A stretch of 63,810 nucleotides of DNA, filler included, from Dimorphilus gyrociliatus (taxonomy: Eukaryota > Animalia > Annelida), in NCBI GenBank assembly GCA_904063045.1. It is 4 parts of 4 records of this genome, joined end to end, with 100 filler letters (N's around TTAATTAATTAA, not from the genome) between each part and the next. Parts side by side here need not be neighbours in the genome. Positions count along the whole stretch, not along the records: positions 1 to 30,973 come from CAJFCJ010000213.1; 3 more parts are not named here. One strand, given 5' to 3'. The translations under genes and the position numbers were made by a program. This document shows, piece by piece, positions 11,557 through 23,514 of the stretch. The stretch's first letter is position 1. Each line of letters starts with the position of its first letter. Under the pieces are notes generated by a model. It was not told the DNA's origin. It saw only the letters and a list, made by a program, of their open reading frames with translations, and made no database searches.

Positions 11557-12025
11557 TATAAACTATGTTCATGCTAGATGTTTTTTAAAGGTAGTGCCTA
11601 ACAGAAGAGCAACACCCTTTTACCAATAATCAACGACGTGTGTTTACCTCATACTATAATATTTTCTGATGAATGGGCTGCATATCAGAGAATAAGTGAA
11701 GGCAGTTATATACATGACACTGTCAACCACACTTTGGTGTTTGTAGATCCTAAATCAGAAGTACATACACAGAATATTGAGTCATGCTTGGACTCAATAA
11801 AAAGAAAATTTAAATATATGAAAGGTGTCTATAAAATTCTCCTACAATCTTATTTAAATGAGTTTATGTGGAGACAAAACTCAACAGAAGATATTTTGAA
11901 AGATTGTTATTTTTAATATCAAATTATGTTATTTAAAGTTATTTTAATTAAAAAAAAAGGTAAAAATTGCTTTCAGGGCCCCCCTTAAAATTGGATATTA
12001 GAAAGAAATAAAAATATAATTAAAT

Positions 12026-12558
12026 TTAAAATGACATTTTAATAATTTTCATCCGAGACAAAATGTCTAAAAATGGATTTTCTTTTTTTAGAAATAAATA
12101 ATCGTTTATATGTGCGTTTATATTATTCTTTATATTACTACCACGACTTTTTAGGTAGTGTTTTAACCATCTCCATTGATTTTCAATGTTTTGTGTGTGG
12201 ATTTCTGGTATATTTTTGTCTTTAAAGTTAGTTTTATGTTTAATTGTAAAATGCCCATAATCATGATATTTTATGTCATTATATCCTTTCCATTCATCGG
12301 TTATAATAATGGAAAGTTCTTCTATATGTTTATTGATAATTCTCTGTAGAGTTAATGAATCTCTTTTTTCTACAACTTCAAAAAAGCATCTTTTTGTGGT
12401 TCTACAAAGACCACCAACCACCCACAATTGCTCATTACACCTTCCTACATTATATTTTCTCTTGGTCACAGCACTTTCATCAATCTCTATGACTAAACCA
12501 GGACCTCCTATTTTAGCTGAACTGTCAGATGTAATTTTACTTCCTAATTAGGATATAC
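12026..12558 (-). mobile_element. Merlin (ISXO2-like) transposase, copy D, 5' part lost in the assembly gap
   Basis: KIGGPGLVIEIDESAVTKRKYNVGR..QLWVVGG, IITDEWKGY and HTQNIENQWRWLK. Confidence 0.9.
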
Positions 12559-13290
12559 NNNNNNNNNNNNNNNNNNNNNNNNNNNNNNNNNNNNNNNNNN
12601 NNNNNNNNNNNNNNNNNNNNNNNNNNNNNNNNNNNNNNNNNNNNNNNNNNNNNNNNNNNNNNNNNNNNNNNNNNNNNNNNNNNNNNNNNNNNNNNNNNNN
12701 NNNNNNNNNNNNNNNNNNNNNNNNNNNNNNNNNNNNNNNNNNNNNNNNNNNNNNNNNNNNNNNNNNNNNNNNNNNNNNNNNNNNNNNNNNNNNNNNNNNN
12801 NNNNNNNNNNNNNNNNNNNNNNNNNNNNNNNNNNNNNNNNNNNNNNNNNNNNNNNNNNNNNNNNNNNNNNNNNNNNNNNNNNNNNNNNNNNNNNNNNNNN
12901 NNNNNNNNNNNNNNNNNNNNNNNNNNNNNNNNNNNNNNNNNNNNNNNNNNNNNNNNNNNNNNNNNNNNNNNNNNNNNNNNNNNNNNNNNNNNNNNNNNNN
13001 NNNNNNNNNNNNNNNNNNNNNNNNNNNNNNNNNNNNNNNNNNNNNNNNNNNNNNNNNNNNNNNNNNNNNNNNNNNNNNNNNNNNNNNNNNNNNNNNNNNN
13101 NNNNNNNNNNNNNNNNNNNNNNNNNNNNNNNNNNNNNNNNNNNNNNNNNNNNNNNNNNNNNNNNNNNNNNNNNNNNNNNNNNNNNNNNNNNNNNNNNNNN
13201 NNNNNNNNNNNNNNNNNNNNNNNNNNNNNNNNNNNNNNNNNNNNNNNNNNNNNNNNNNNNNNNNNNNNNNNNNNNNNNNNNNNNNNNNNN
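12559..13290. other. Sized scaffold gap (732 N)
   Basis: Run of N without the TTAATTAATTAA linker. Confidence 0.98.
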
Positions 13291-13313
13291 ATATTAAGAA
13301 TATGACTAATGCT

Positions 13314-13386
13314 AGGGGATTAGCTCACATGGTAGAGCGCTCGCTTAGCGTGCGAGAGGTACTGGGTTCGATTCCTTGATTCTCCA
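13314..13386 (+). tRNA. tRNA-Ala(AGC), imperfect (possibly a pseudogene)
   Basis: AGGGGATTAGCTCACATGGTAGAGCGCTCGCTTAGCGTGCGAGAGGTACTGGGTTCGATTCCTTGATTCTCCA followed by a T-run. The anticodon stem CTCGC/GCGAG and G3:U70 are present, but there is an A1:C72 mismatch and a T:T mismatch in the T-stem. Confidence 0.8.
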
Positions 13387-14745
13387 TTTTTTTATTTTTT
13401 ATCAAATTTAATCTTTCTTCCGTTCCTATATTTAATTTTATTTTCTTTAATGAACAAAGTACCAAAACTTAACTCCTTTTCTTTCTTTTTCTTTTTTTCT
13501 AAAATTTTCATGAACTTCATTTCTTTTAGATTGTTTGAAATATCCATGGGTTATAAAATAATACTTTTTAATTAAGTGAGTTCTTGATAATAAATATCTG
13601 ATTTCAATGTCTTTTGTTATAATCTGTTTTTCTAGTGGTTGTGGTTATGAAAAAATATTAAAATATAGAAAATTTAGTTTAATATTAACAAAATAGGATG
13701 CAACCATTTTCATTAACTAAAATCTTTACTTCATGTTTCTTTAATATATGAACACTTCTTAATACAAAATAAAAAACATTAAATAGTTTTAATAAAACCA
13801 TAATTTACGACCAAAAAATATCAAATCACTTTCAAAAATACTGAAAAAAATTTAGAACAACTGAAAAGAAAGTACGTGGTAATATTGTCATTTAACATTC
13901 TTTTTTTGCTTTTTAACTCATAAAATCTAACTTTATTTTGGAATTTTTTTTTTCTTTTAGTAGAAATTAAATTTAACAATAACAGAGATGAATTTTTGAA
14001 TAAATTCCTATAAAATTTAATTCATAAAGAAAAATAAATAAGACTTTAACTGAAGAAACTTAAAAAGATCAACCTAGAGTTTAATTTATTTATACTATAA
14101 CTAAATTTCATATTAACAAAAATAAGATATAAGGATTTGTTATTACATTTTATAAGTTATCTAACATTTAAAAAATGGGAATTTTGCTATACATATACAA
14201 AATATAGAATATAATTATAGTAATAAATTTATATTTAGGTAAAACATAGGAAATGAATAAACTTGGTTTTTAAAATATAAAATATGCAATTTCTGTTTAT
14301 TTAAATGGTTTTTTAATAAAATTAGGTAAAAACTAATACATATGTTTTTTATATCCTTAGATAATTAAGGTATACTTAGTATATTAAGTTTATTTATAAT
14401 AATAGAATGTTTGGAAAATAATTTTGTATTAAACTAAACAACATATATACAATAAATTAAGGGGTTTCCTTTAATAAAAAAAAATTTTTGATCTTTTGAA
14501 AGCTATTTTTTGTTTTCAAAAAAATAAAATTTTAACTTCAAAATAAGAATTGTGTTGTTTTTTTCTGATTAATTTTTTATTCTTGCTTTGGAAAGTTTAT
14601 GACAGTTATAAAAATTGCTTTAAAATAACCCAAAAACACGGATTTGTATTTCAAGAAATTACACTTTTTCTTGAATTTAGAGAGAATTTAATTTTCTTAA
14701 TAAGGAAAGTTAATACGTTTATTAATTGGAGGATTTTTATACCAT

Positions 14746-15900
14746 ATGAAAGTTTGTATTTACTTGCTAAGTGTTATTTCTACGAATAGTTATACACAAG
14801 ATCTCTCAACCATACAATATTACGTCACAACTAATCCACCAATAAACAGTGCAAAATTGGATTTTAAGCACGAAAACAGTGGTACTACTATGAAGGATAT
14901 AGGCATTAAAAACCCCTTAGATAGTATGCCTGAACAAGGTTCATCGCCTAAAGTTTATAATTTGACAGATAGTGGACAAAATAGACCAAATAACATAAAA
15001 GACCCTAATAAAGAAATTGATATGAGTTATAATAACGAAGTTTATGAAGAAACAGCTGATTATGAAAAGAATACCGAGTCTAGTAATAAATCACTACAAG
15101 ATGAAAAATTACCAAACAGTCTTTTTATAAGTGATAACAAATTAGAAAAACTCAAGCATTATAATAATAAAGATAGGTCATTTTTCTCTATAAGCGATGT
15201 TTTAAATCAACATACTCAAGTACCTAGAGATAACATATCATATTTATATAACACAGTAACTCATAACAACACAAGTAATGTTTTCAAAACAGAGAGTAAT
15301 TTTGATATAAAAAAGCTAAACGACCTTGTTAATTTTCAAGGAAACTTACTACATCATGCTTACAACAAAATACATAGATTAGAATTATTAAATTCTATTT
15401 ATATGAAGGATTTTATAAGAAGAAATCATGAAGAAAAAAAGAAGCTGTTGCCTGAAAAGAGAAAATTTTATTATAGTGATGATTCTGATAATAGGGCTAA
15501 AAGACAAAAAATAAACAAATTATCATCAGAAATGCTATTAAATGAAGAAATGTCAGAAAATAATTTATCAAATAAACAACCATGTTTTAATTTGGAACAT
15601 AAGGTTGAAAATCCCGTAAATACAGTATCCAACAAAACAATAACAGAACTATACACAAAATATAAATCAAATATATGTAAAAACGAGCTTTTAAACGAAA
15701 ATTTATTGTTTCTTATACGCGGTGAAGTTTTATATTCTTTTGACATTTTATCAAAAAAGAGGGACCTCGGCAATATTGTAATTCCTAGTAATACAATTAG
15801 ATGTTACGAATTTAAGAATCATAAAGAAGCTTTTTGTCAGGCTAGCATCCAGATTTTGTATTACCATCTTTTATCACAATATATAAAAATAGAAGAATAA
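14746..15900 (+). CDS. Hypothetical secreted protein (384 aa; may continue to about 16053 after a -1 shift in an A7 run)
   Basis: Long ORF with signal-like MKVCIYLLSVIS; no recognisable domain. The downstream frame KFQIGNINNLILDKSKLAINSKG... looks coding. Confidence 0.7.
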   Translation: MKVCIYLLSVISTNSYTQDLSTIQYYVTTNPPINSAKLDFKHENSGTTMKDIGIKNPLDSMPEQGSSPKVYNLTDSGQNRPNNIKDPNKEIDMSYNNEVYEETADYEKNTESSNKSLQDEKLPNSLFISDNKLEKLKHYNNKDRSFFSISDVLNQHTQVPRDNISYLYNTVTHNNTSNVFKTESNFDIKKLNDLVNFQGNLLHHAYNKIHRLELLNSIYMKDFIRRNHEEKKKLLPEKRKFYYSDDSDNRAKRQKINKLSSEMLLNEEMSENNLSNKQPCFNLEHKVENPVNTVSNKTITELYTKYKSNICKNELLNENLLFLIRGEVLYSFDILSKKRDLGNIVIPSNTIRCYEFKNHKEAFCQASIQILYYHLLSQYIKIEE

Positions 15901-17449
15901 AAAAATTCCAAATAGGTAATATTAATAATCTTATTTTAGATAAATCTAAACTTGCAATAAACTCTAAAGGTTTAGATAATTTCATAGATCGTTTATTGAT
16001 AAAAATAGAGAAGGTAAACAAAGCTTCCAAAAACTATATCAATTATTGTTTATGATCAACAAGTTAGTATTATAGAGCATTATACAAAATATTACACTAT
16101 GAATACCACGAATAGCCTGGATACATTATATATAGTATTATCAACTGATTATATTGAAAGTCAATATGTTGGAAAACTTAAAGATGCAATAATAAACTTC
16201 TTCAGCTCATATTTTAATGAAGATTAAAATTGTTCTAAGACTTTTTTTACCAAATAGCTTTATCATTATTTAACGTTAAAATTTTTATTTAATTTCCTTT
16301 TTGTATAAAATTAATTTTATTGAGGTTAATATAAATATTTTTTAAATAAAAGCAAAATTTATTATACACTTAATTTTTTGTATTATAAATGACTTTTGAA
16401 ACGTTTTAAAAACGGATAAAAATTCAATTTTCGTAATATAAGTTTAAAAATTACTATTGTACTAATTTAAAGACATTAGAATATACAAACAATCTACTCT
16501 TTCAAATTAATACATTTTTTTTGTTCTTCTTTTATTAATACTAAAAATCTAACGTTTTGAGAGTTTCTCAGCAAAAAAGTGTCTGTGTTTAGTGATTGAT
16601 ATAAGAATTGATTTATTTTATCGCCCTTTAACTCATCAGATATTTTTGTAGAAACGATTTTTTTTAGCGTATATTTTATATTTCAGTGGCTTGAATTTTA
16701 TTTATTTATTATGTATTGATTTCTTTAGCTTATCAAGAGTTTATGTTTCTTCTTTGTAAAGAAGTTCTTATACATTCAAAAATCTAACCAATTAAATTTT
16801 TTATGTAATAATTTATCAATTTTTGCTATAATTTACTTCATTTTAGTATAATAAAAGAATCTATACTAATATAAGAGGCAGAACTGCTTGGAAAAATTAG
16901 TTAGATAAAATAATATTATTAATTACCACAAAAAACTGTTTTTTATTAACTATTTTACCCATATTTTATTCATTTTGGTAAGGATAAATTAGGTAGATTG
17001 GTATGAAGGTTTCTATCTATCAAAAAATAAATAGAGTTTTTATCGGCTTTTTTGTCTCCATCGTTGAACTTATGTATATATAAATTTATTGAGCAAAATT
17101 GAATATTTCTTCCAAAAAAATAAATAAAATTCTTTATTCAATAAATTTTTCTGAAACAATCTGGCTGAAATTCTAATATTATTATTCTATTATTATTATG
17201 AATTATATAAGAGTGTAAATCTCATTATAATATAACAGCATTAATGGATATCTTATCTTATAGTATTGGTATTATTATCTAAATATCTACCCTTTAGTAC
17301 AACTTGTCACTATTATTTGCCTCTTTTATTATATTCCTATATAGCTAGCCACATCGTTTATATAGTTATAATTGCTTCTGAAAGTGAAAGGTTGCTACTA
17401 TCAGTATAGTTATTTGGCCTACATTCCGTGACAATACAAAGGACCTATT

Positions 17450-17900
17450 CCCTGTAGCACTATGTTTTATATTGTAATATTGATAAACTTTTTCTCATAA
17501 ATTCCATTCTCTATAATTCCCCACCCAAAGCCTTTTTATCCTGCTTTTAAAGTTCTATTAAACCTTTCTATACCCCCTGTGATTATGAATGTAAAGGACT
17601 CCCAGTTATCTGCTCAATATTGAGTATCATATATTTTTATATCTCTCTGGAAATTAATTCCCTTCATTATATTTATACAACATTTTCTAAGGTCCTTTAG
17701 AGTAAATAATCTTTTAACAATCTCTGATACAGATTCTAAGCTTTATAATATAAATTAAAAATGGATACATACTTGGAAAATAGTCTATTAAGCTCAAAAC
17801 GAATCCTTATCCCTCGTAAAACTCGAATTATAAACCTAGATCTACAATGTTTGCTTGTTGACGTTCATGTATATTATATATAAGACCCTGTGTTATAAGC
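17450..17900 (-). pseudogene. Second, more decayed rve-type integrase remnant
   Basis: Minus-strand fragments IVDL...GFVLSLIDYF(S)KY and SQG-IERFNRTFKSRIK with stops and frameshifts; not in the ORF track. Boundaries are approximate. Confidence 0.55.
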
Positions 17901-19526
17901 CTTGCTATTTTAATTAGTTCTTTTTTGTAGCCTCCATATGAAATTATAAACATGTAGTATCATATACTTTACTATTTTCATAAAGATTGTCAATGATTTC
18001 CTTCATTTTATTAGCACAAACATAGTTTAGTAGATGATATTCTCAAATTATACTTTTCTTTTATTAATACACGAGGTCAACAGATATCTTTTTTCAACTC
18101 TATTTCGTTCAGAATAAATAGCCGAATTATCGTAAAATAATACCTTGATTTCTTGATAAACTTTTTTTACATTCACATGGAATAACTTCACTAGCGACTA
18201 TGAGATGATGTTGTTTTTCTTATCTAATTTGAAATAACTGGAGTAATGGCTATGGATGATGCGCAAAATACTGAAAAATAGCTTCATTCAATTACCTAAT
18301 ATTTTGATGTACCTAATTTTTACGATTGAGATAAAAGAATCAGGTTAAAAAAATCGAACTGATTTTTATGAGAGTATCCCCCTCCTCACAACCTACCATA
18401 TACAAAACTTACCTGACCAAGCTGAAAAAATAAGGGAGAAAAAAATTAAAAAAAACGGTTTGTGGTAATTTAGTAGGATTTTTGTGTAATTCATTCATCA
18501 TAGCAATATTATATTTAAAAAAAGTCTAGTTTCGTTAAATAGGATTTGATTAATGTAAAATTTTATGAGTAAAAAAAGTAGCTAAGAGCATTCAATCTGT
18601 ATTTCATTTATAGTCATCATAAAAGAATTGAATAGAAAGAAACTACATTTCAAATTATTAAAAAGTATAAAATATTATCTTGTTATACAATAATATACAA
18701 TAAAAAAAATCAAGCAGTTTTTCTGTAATAAAACATAGTATAGAAAGATAAATATAACTTAAATTCGAGGGGAAAGAGTAGAATTCACGACTATCTTTGA
18801 AGCTTTTATGGGGAAGTACTATATTTTATGCTATATATTAGTTATCAATTAACCTCTTATGTTTCATAAATATAACATGACTTTAAGCAGCAACGGTATA
18901 CAAACACGAGTCTCAGACTTATAAATAATTAATAAAATATAAAAAATAGATTATTGCTTCTTGAATAAGCTATTTACAAATTTAAAAATAGGCAAGTTAC
19001 GGAGAAAAATGTAAAACTTCCCTAAATGTAAGAATTGACATACAATGTCTTTAATCGAGAAATAGATCTTTTAAATAAGGAATATAAATTATCTTACTGG
19101 TATGTATGACAAAAGGTGAAAAAGTGTTATAACTCAAAATTAATTAACCAAGTGTAATTGTGAGGATTTAGCAAAAAATATATATGAATATAGTACGATA
19201 AGCAGGATAGGGTAAATATTGTTAGGATAATAAACAAAAGTATTTTTTAATTATTATCTTTTCAGAATTTAAGTATTGAAAGATATAATTACAATATCTG
19301 AAATAGTTATAAACCATTTATTTATAAACTTTTTGAAAGCTTTACACTTTATTTTATAAATAAACACCTTTTGTGATAGATAAAAGAGACTTATCTTTAC
19401 TTAATAAGATAGGTTTTAAAAATTATAATTTATTGTTTTTTATAGAAAATACTTTCAGTTAAAATAAGTTATAAAAAAGGCTTATTTATTAATTTTTAAA
19501 TACAAATAATATTTTTTTAATTTTAA

Positions 19527-19795
19527 TATTAAATTCTAAATTAGTAAAAAAATTAATTTTGAAAATATTTTTTTTGATTTTTGATCTTAATATCAAATTC
19601 TAAGTAAGTGAAACAGTTGAACTTTTAAAACATAAAAATATATTATAAAAATTATATAAAACATTTTTTTATCTTTATATTAAATTCTAAATAAGTAAAA
19701 AAGTAGAAATTTCAAAATAAATATAAAAACTTAATTTTATATTTTTTTTGATTTTTGATCTTTAATATCAAATTCCAAATAAGTGAAAAAGATAA
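19527..19795. repeat. Imperfect AT-rich tandem repeat upstream of the RhoGAP gene
   Basis: ATAT(T/C)AAATTC(T/C)AAATAAGT-like unit recurs four times; TTTTTTTGATTTTTGATCTT(T)AATATCAAATTC occurs twice. Confidence 0.5.
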
Positions 19796-19898
19796 CTTTT
19801 TTGAATTATATTTTTGTTTAATTTTCAAAATTAATTAAAAATTTGAAAAATTTTGTTTCAGGTTTTATCATAAAAAGATTTTCAAAATTGATCCCTTA

Positions 19899-21421
19899 AT
19901 GACTTTCAAAATAAAAGAATTAATAAACTTTTACGAAAAGCTTTCTGCTGAGAGTAGCAGTGCATCATTTGTCAGTGGCTCCACTGACAATGATAATCAC
20001 TGTATTAGAGAGAATGAGATGGTTGATGGTTTGAAAGGACAAGTATCTAAAGACAAAATGATAGTTGCTCTATTTCAAGCTGCTTTATAAGTAATGGTGA
20101 AGAGATCTCTTTAGAAGTTAAAGAATATTGTAAACAAAAAGAACACAACTCTAGTTTAAATAACCTTTGTACTGCCAAAGAAGCTGATCTTCCGAATGGA
20201 TCAATGCAACCCTCCCAAAGGATTCCAAAGGTAATACAGAAAACGTCGATGATAAATCTAGTCCAATACAACTCAAGTGATAACGATTCAAAAACAAATG
20301 ATATTAAAGGTTCTAACAAAAAGTTTGATATTAATAAACACGCTTTATATAAGATCATAGAAGAGGATAACGTTACAGAGGAAAATCTAGAAAAAGCTAA
20401 ATACAGGAAATTTCTTGTATCTGATATACATGATAAAAAAATAATTAGTTACATTAGTAAGTATGACACTGAGCCATCACTATATGGCAAAAAGTGGTAT
20501 TCTAACGACAAGGACATGGGCTATAAAGCCGACCAGAAGATACTGTCCGACTCATATGACTTGAAAATACAATATCGCTTCTATACGGATGTTGTGCTTA
20601 CAGAAAAATTAGATGAGGCAAATCTTGAAAGCCCTAGTAAGCTGACAATACAAAGAAAAGAAAATTTTTAAATATTCACAACATATGTTAAAAATTACTT
20701 AAACAACAATGTAAAACTCCCTCTAAAGAAGAAAGCTTAAATTGCATATGATAAGTTTATGCATGGACAAAGTTTGCAAGATGATGACTTTTATGCATCA
20801 CCACAAATTTACGAGCTCATTAATTATATCAAAAAAAATTGCAAAGTAATTAACATGTTTCGAGTGGAAGGCGAGAAAAATGTATATGAGGCTCTTGCAA
20901 GAAGAATAGAAGATAAGCCAGCAGAAGAAATAGATTATAACAAATATGACATGTTCGATTTATGTTCTGCCTTAAAATACTACTTCAGAGAGGTTAAAGG
21001 AGGTATATTGACTAGAGAAGTAACAGAATCTTTGTTTCACGCTTTTATGAATAATAAACAAGGCGATCTTAAGGAACTTTCAAAATACTTAAGAGGTTCT
21101 CTCTACGGTGAGAGAAGAAAGTTCTTAGCAGCAATTTTTAGTTTATATAGTGAAGTAGATAAATACAAATCTTACAATATGATGGGAATAGATAACTTGT
21201 TGATATGTTCTTTCCCTAGTTTTTTTGCTGATGTCCCGATTATACCAAGGAAAATTGAAATAATTACAGTTATGAGAATACTCGTGGAAAGTTTAATAGT
21301 GGAACTGGAAGCAGAATACCCAGCCTCATTAATAAAAGAAACAGAAGAATTTTTCGACAGAGAAGATGTTGTTAATAATAGAGTAAAACCTGGGTACTTA
21401 AAATACATATGTTATAATTAA
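19899..21421 (+). pseudogene. RhoGAP-domain gene, interrupted by one frameshift near 20050-20090 and two in-frame TAA codons
   Basis: The C-terminal ORF has NMFRVEG (arginine finger), DLCSALKYYFRE and NMMGIDNLLIC..P. ORFs 20204-20671 and 20759-21421 are in the same frame, separated by ENF*IF...KKA*IAYDKF. The ATG at 19899 is preceded by CCCTTA. Confidence 0.75.
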
Positions 21422-21789
21422 ATAGATTGTATTAAAATATTTTTATAATTAATTATTACCATTCATTAAATTATTAAATCAATGTGACATATTTAAATAT
21501 AAATTTACCCCTATGTTTTATAAAGATAGCATTATATAAAAATTATTTTAAAAATTATTTAAAACTTTATATACAACTGTGGAAAAAAATGCACACTCCT
21601 TAAAATCTTAAATTTAAGTGACTTAAAATAAACGCTATGTAGCTATAATTTATTCTTATAAAATGAAGAATTTTTAAATACAATATTAGGTGCATGCACA
21701 ATATACCATCCTTTTGAAAAAATAAAAAAATTTAAAAAAATAAAAAAAAATAAAAAAAACTTTAAACTTTTATTAAAATTAATATTTCA

Positions 21790-22680
21790 CTAAACCTATT
21801 GTTTTTTTTAGTTTTATAAATCCATAAAAACTCAGTTAGATGTAAATATTGGTCACGTCTACTAGCACCATTTTTTCTTCGGAGATGATATTTCGATTGA
21901 GAGAAAAATCCTTCTATTGTTTGTGTCTAAAAAGAAGGATCTCCTGGATTTACAAAGTGATAAGTATGGTTGACGATGTCATGTCCATAATTTATATTAT
22001 ATAATGTGTTGATTCTACTGAATACAGCACTATAAGCAGCCCATTCATCAGTTATTACTCTTGTTCCAGGTTCTATATTTTCTATAATTATTCTTCTTAT
22101 AGTAGATGCATTTTCGTTTTTTACTGGTACAATAAATGCCTTCTTTGAGCCTATTTCGATTCCTGCAGCCTAACATCCCCTATTGGTTATTCTCCTTCTA
22201 TTATATTTCCTCTTGAAAAATAAACACCCTTCTAATTCCCGTATTATTAATGTTATTTCTCCTAACTTTGGTTATTTATTATTATATGATTAGCATGGAA
22301 CTCGTTGATAAAACAAGCCCACTTTGATGTTGAATTTCGAGAAACATTTATATCAAAGACAAAAACACATATTTTAATAATTTCATAAAGTTTAAATATA
22401 ATTTTAATTATATTGAAAGTTTCATTCTATAACTTAAGAAAAAAGCTTCCATTTCTTATACTACTTCTTTTTCCACAAGTACATTTTCACCGAAACTTAT
22501 CAATATCTACATTAGATTTGACACAACTCATGTCATTGCTGCAGGTAGAACATTTACTTTTGCTTTTATTAAGCCTATCAAGACTAGGAATTCGTTAGTC
22601 TATTCTTCATTATAAAGTCTATTATATAAATACGGCCTCTGTTTCAGCCACCTAATTGTGTCGTTATTTAAAATCTGGCA
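21790..22680 (-). mobile_element. Merlin (ISXO2-like) transposase pseudogene, copy E (absent from the ORF track)
   Basis: Minus-strand translation gives KCSTCSNDM..DKFR*KCTCGKRSSIRNGSFF, FKRKYNRRR, IEPGTRVITDEWAAY, IVNHTYHFVNP, TQTIEGFFS and HLTEFLW. Confidence 0.85.
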
Positions 22681-23514
22681 CTTATTTACTATATTTTTAC
22701 TTACAATTCTGATTTTGATAGGAAGTTTTGAAAAGGATGTTGTAATTCCAAAGGATAGTATAGTGTGCGTGCACCAAAATAATAACGGAATGAAAAAAAG
22801 CTTTTTTTTAAAGAAACCTACGATATATATTGTTTTTATTATAATCATAACCTTTATCGAATAATTTATGATCAAATTCGTAATGTTTTCTATTTTTTCC
22901 AGTCTAATGTTTCTTCGGCACTTTTTTAAGGTAGAACAACTTCATAGATGTTTATGATATTAAAACATTCTTTTATATTTGAATTATTGAAAAGTCATTA
23001 TACCATCGATAAAAAACATTTAAAATACTGTTTATATATGTTTCTGTTATGGAAAAATCATCTTAAAGTGCTTTTTTTATGTTTTAATACATTATTCTTA
23101 TATTATAAAAAGTATAGTTTTTGTGATAATTTATATTTTTAGAAAAGAGAACTTTTATATATTTTTTAATTTCATTGAGTTTCCTAGTTTTAAACGGACA
23201 AGTAAATTCTTCTTGATTATAACATTGTCTAAAAAATATAAATTTTATTTACAATAAAATCAGATCACGGCTGTATTAAAAGTCCTAGATAACACGAAAT
23301 ATAAAAATTTTATATTGAAAATACTAATTGGAAAGTTATAAATAAATATAACTCTATATAAAAACACTTTTTATCCAATTATAAAAAAGATATAACAACT
23401 TTGAGTAATGAAGACTTGCAGATGTCTTTTAAAATTAAATATGAAATGTTATTAGGAAAATACAAAATATATTATAAAAGAATTAAGAATAACTTTAATC
23501 AAGTATAAATTTAC

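Larger units (their letters stand above)
9549..11916 (+). mobile_element. Merlin (ISXO2-like) transposase, copy C, split by a Tc1 insertion at 10075-11556
   Basis: N-part has CMSC..YRCSNRQC, ICQVDEC and YHRGR..QVWVFGI. Removing the Tc1 and one TA restores GIAYINYVHARCFLKVVPNRRA in frame. After a further 1-bp shift come IIFSDEWAAY, TVNHTLVFVDP, HTQNIES and YLNEFMWR. Confidence 0.9.

Noticed and set aside
9437-11988. TTAA-GGGGGG ... CCCCCC-TTAA as piggyBac-like or Merlin ends around copy C
   Set aside because: Similarity does not extend convincingly beyond the G/C run, and CCCCCCTTAA resembles the host pre-ATG motif seen elsewhere (5628).
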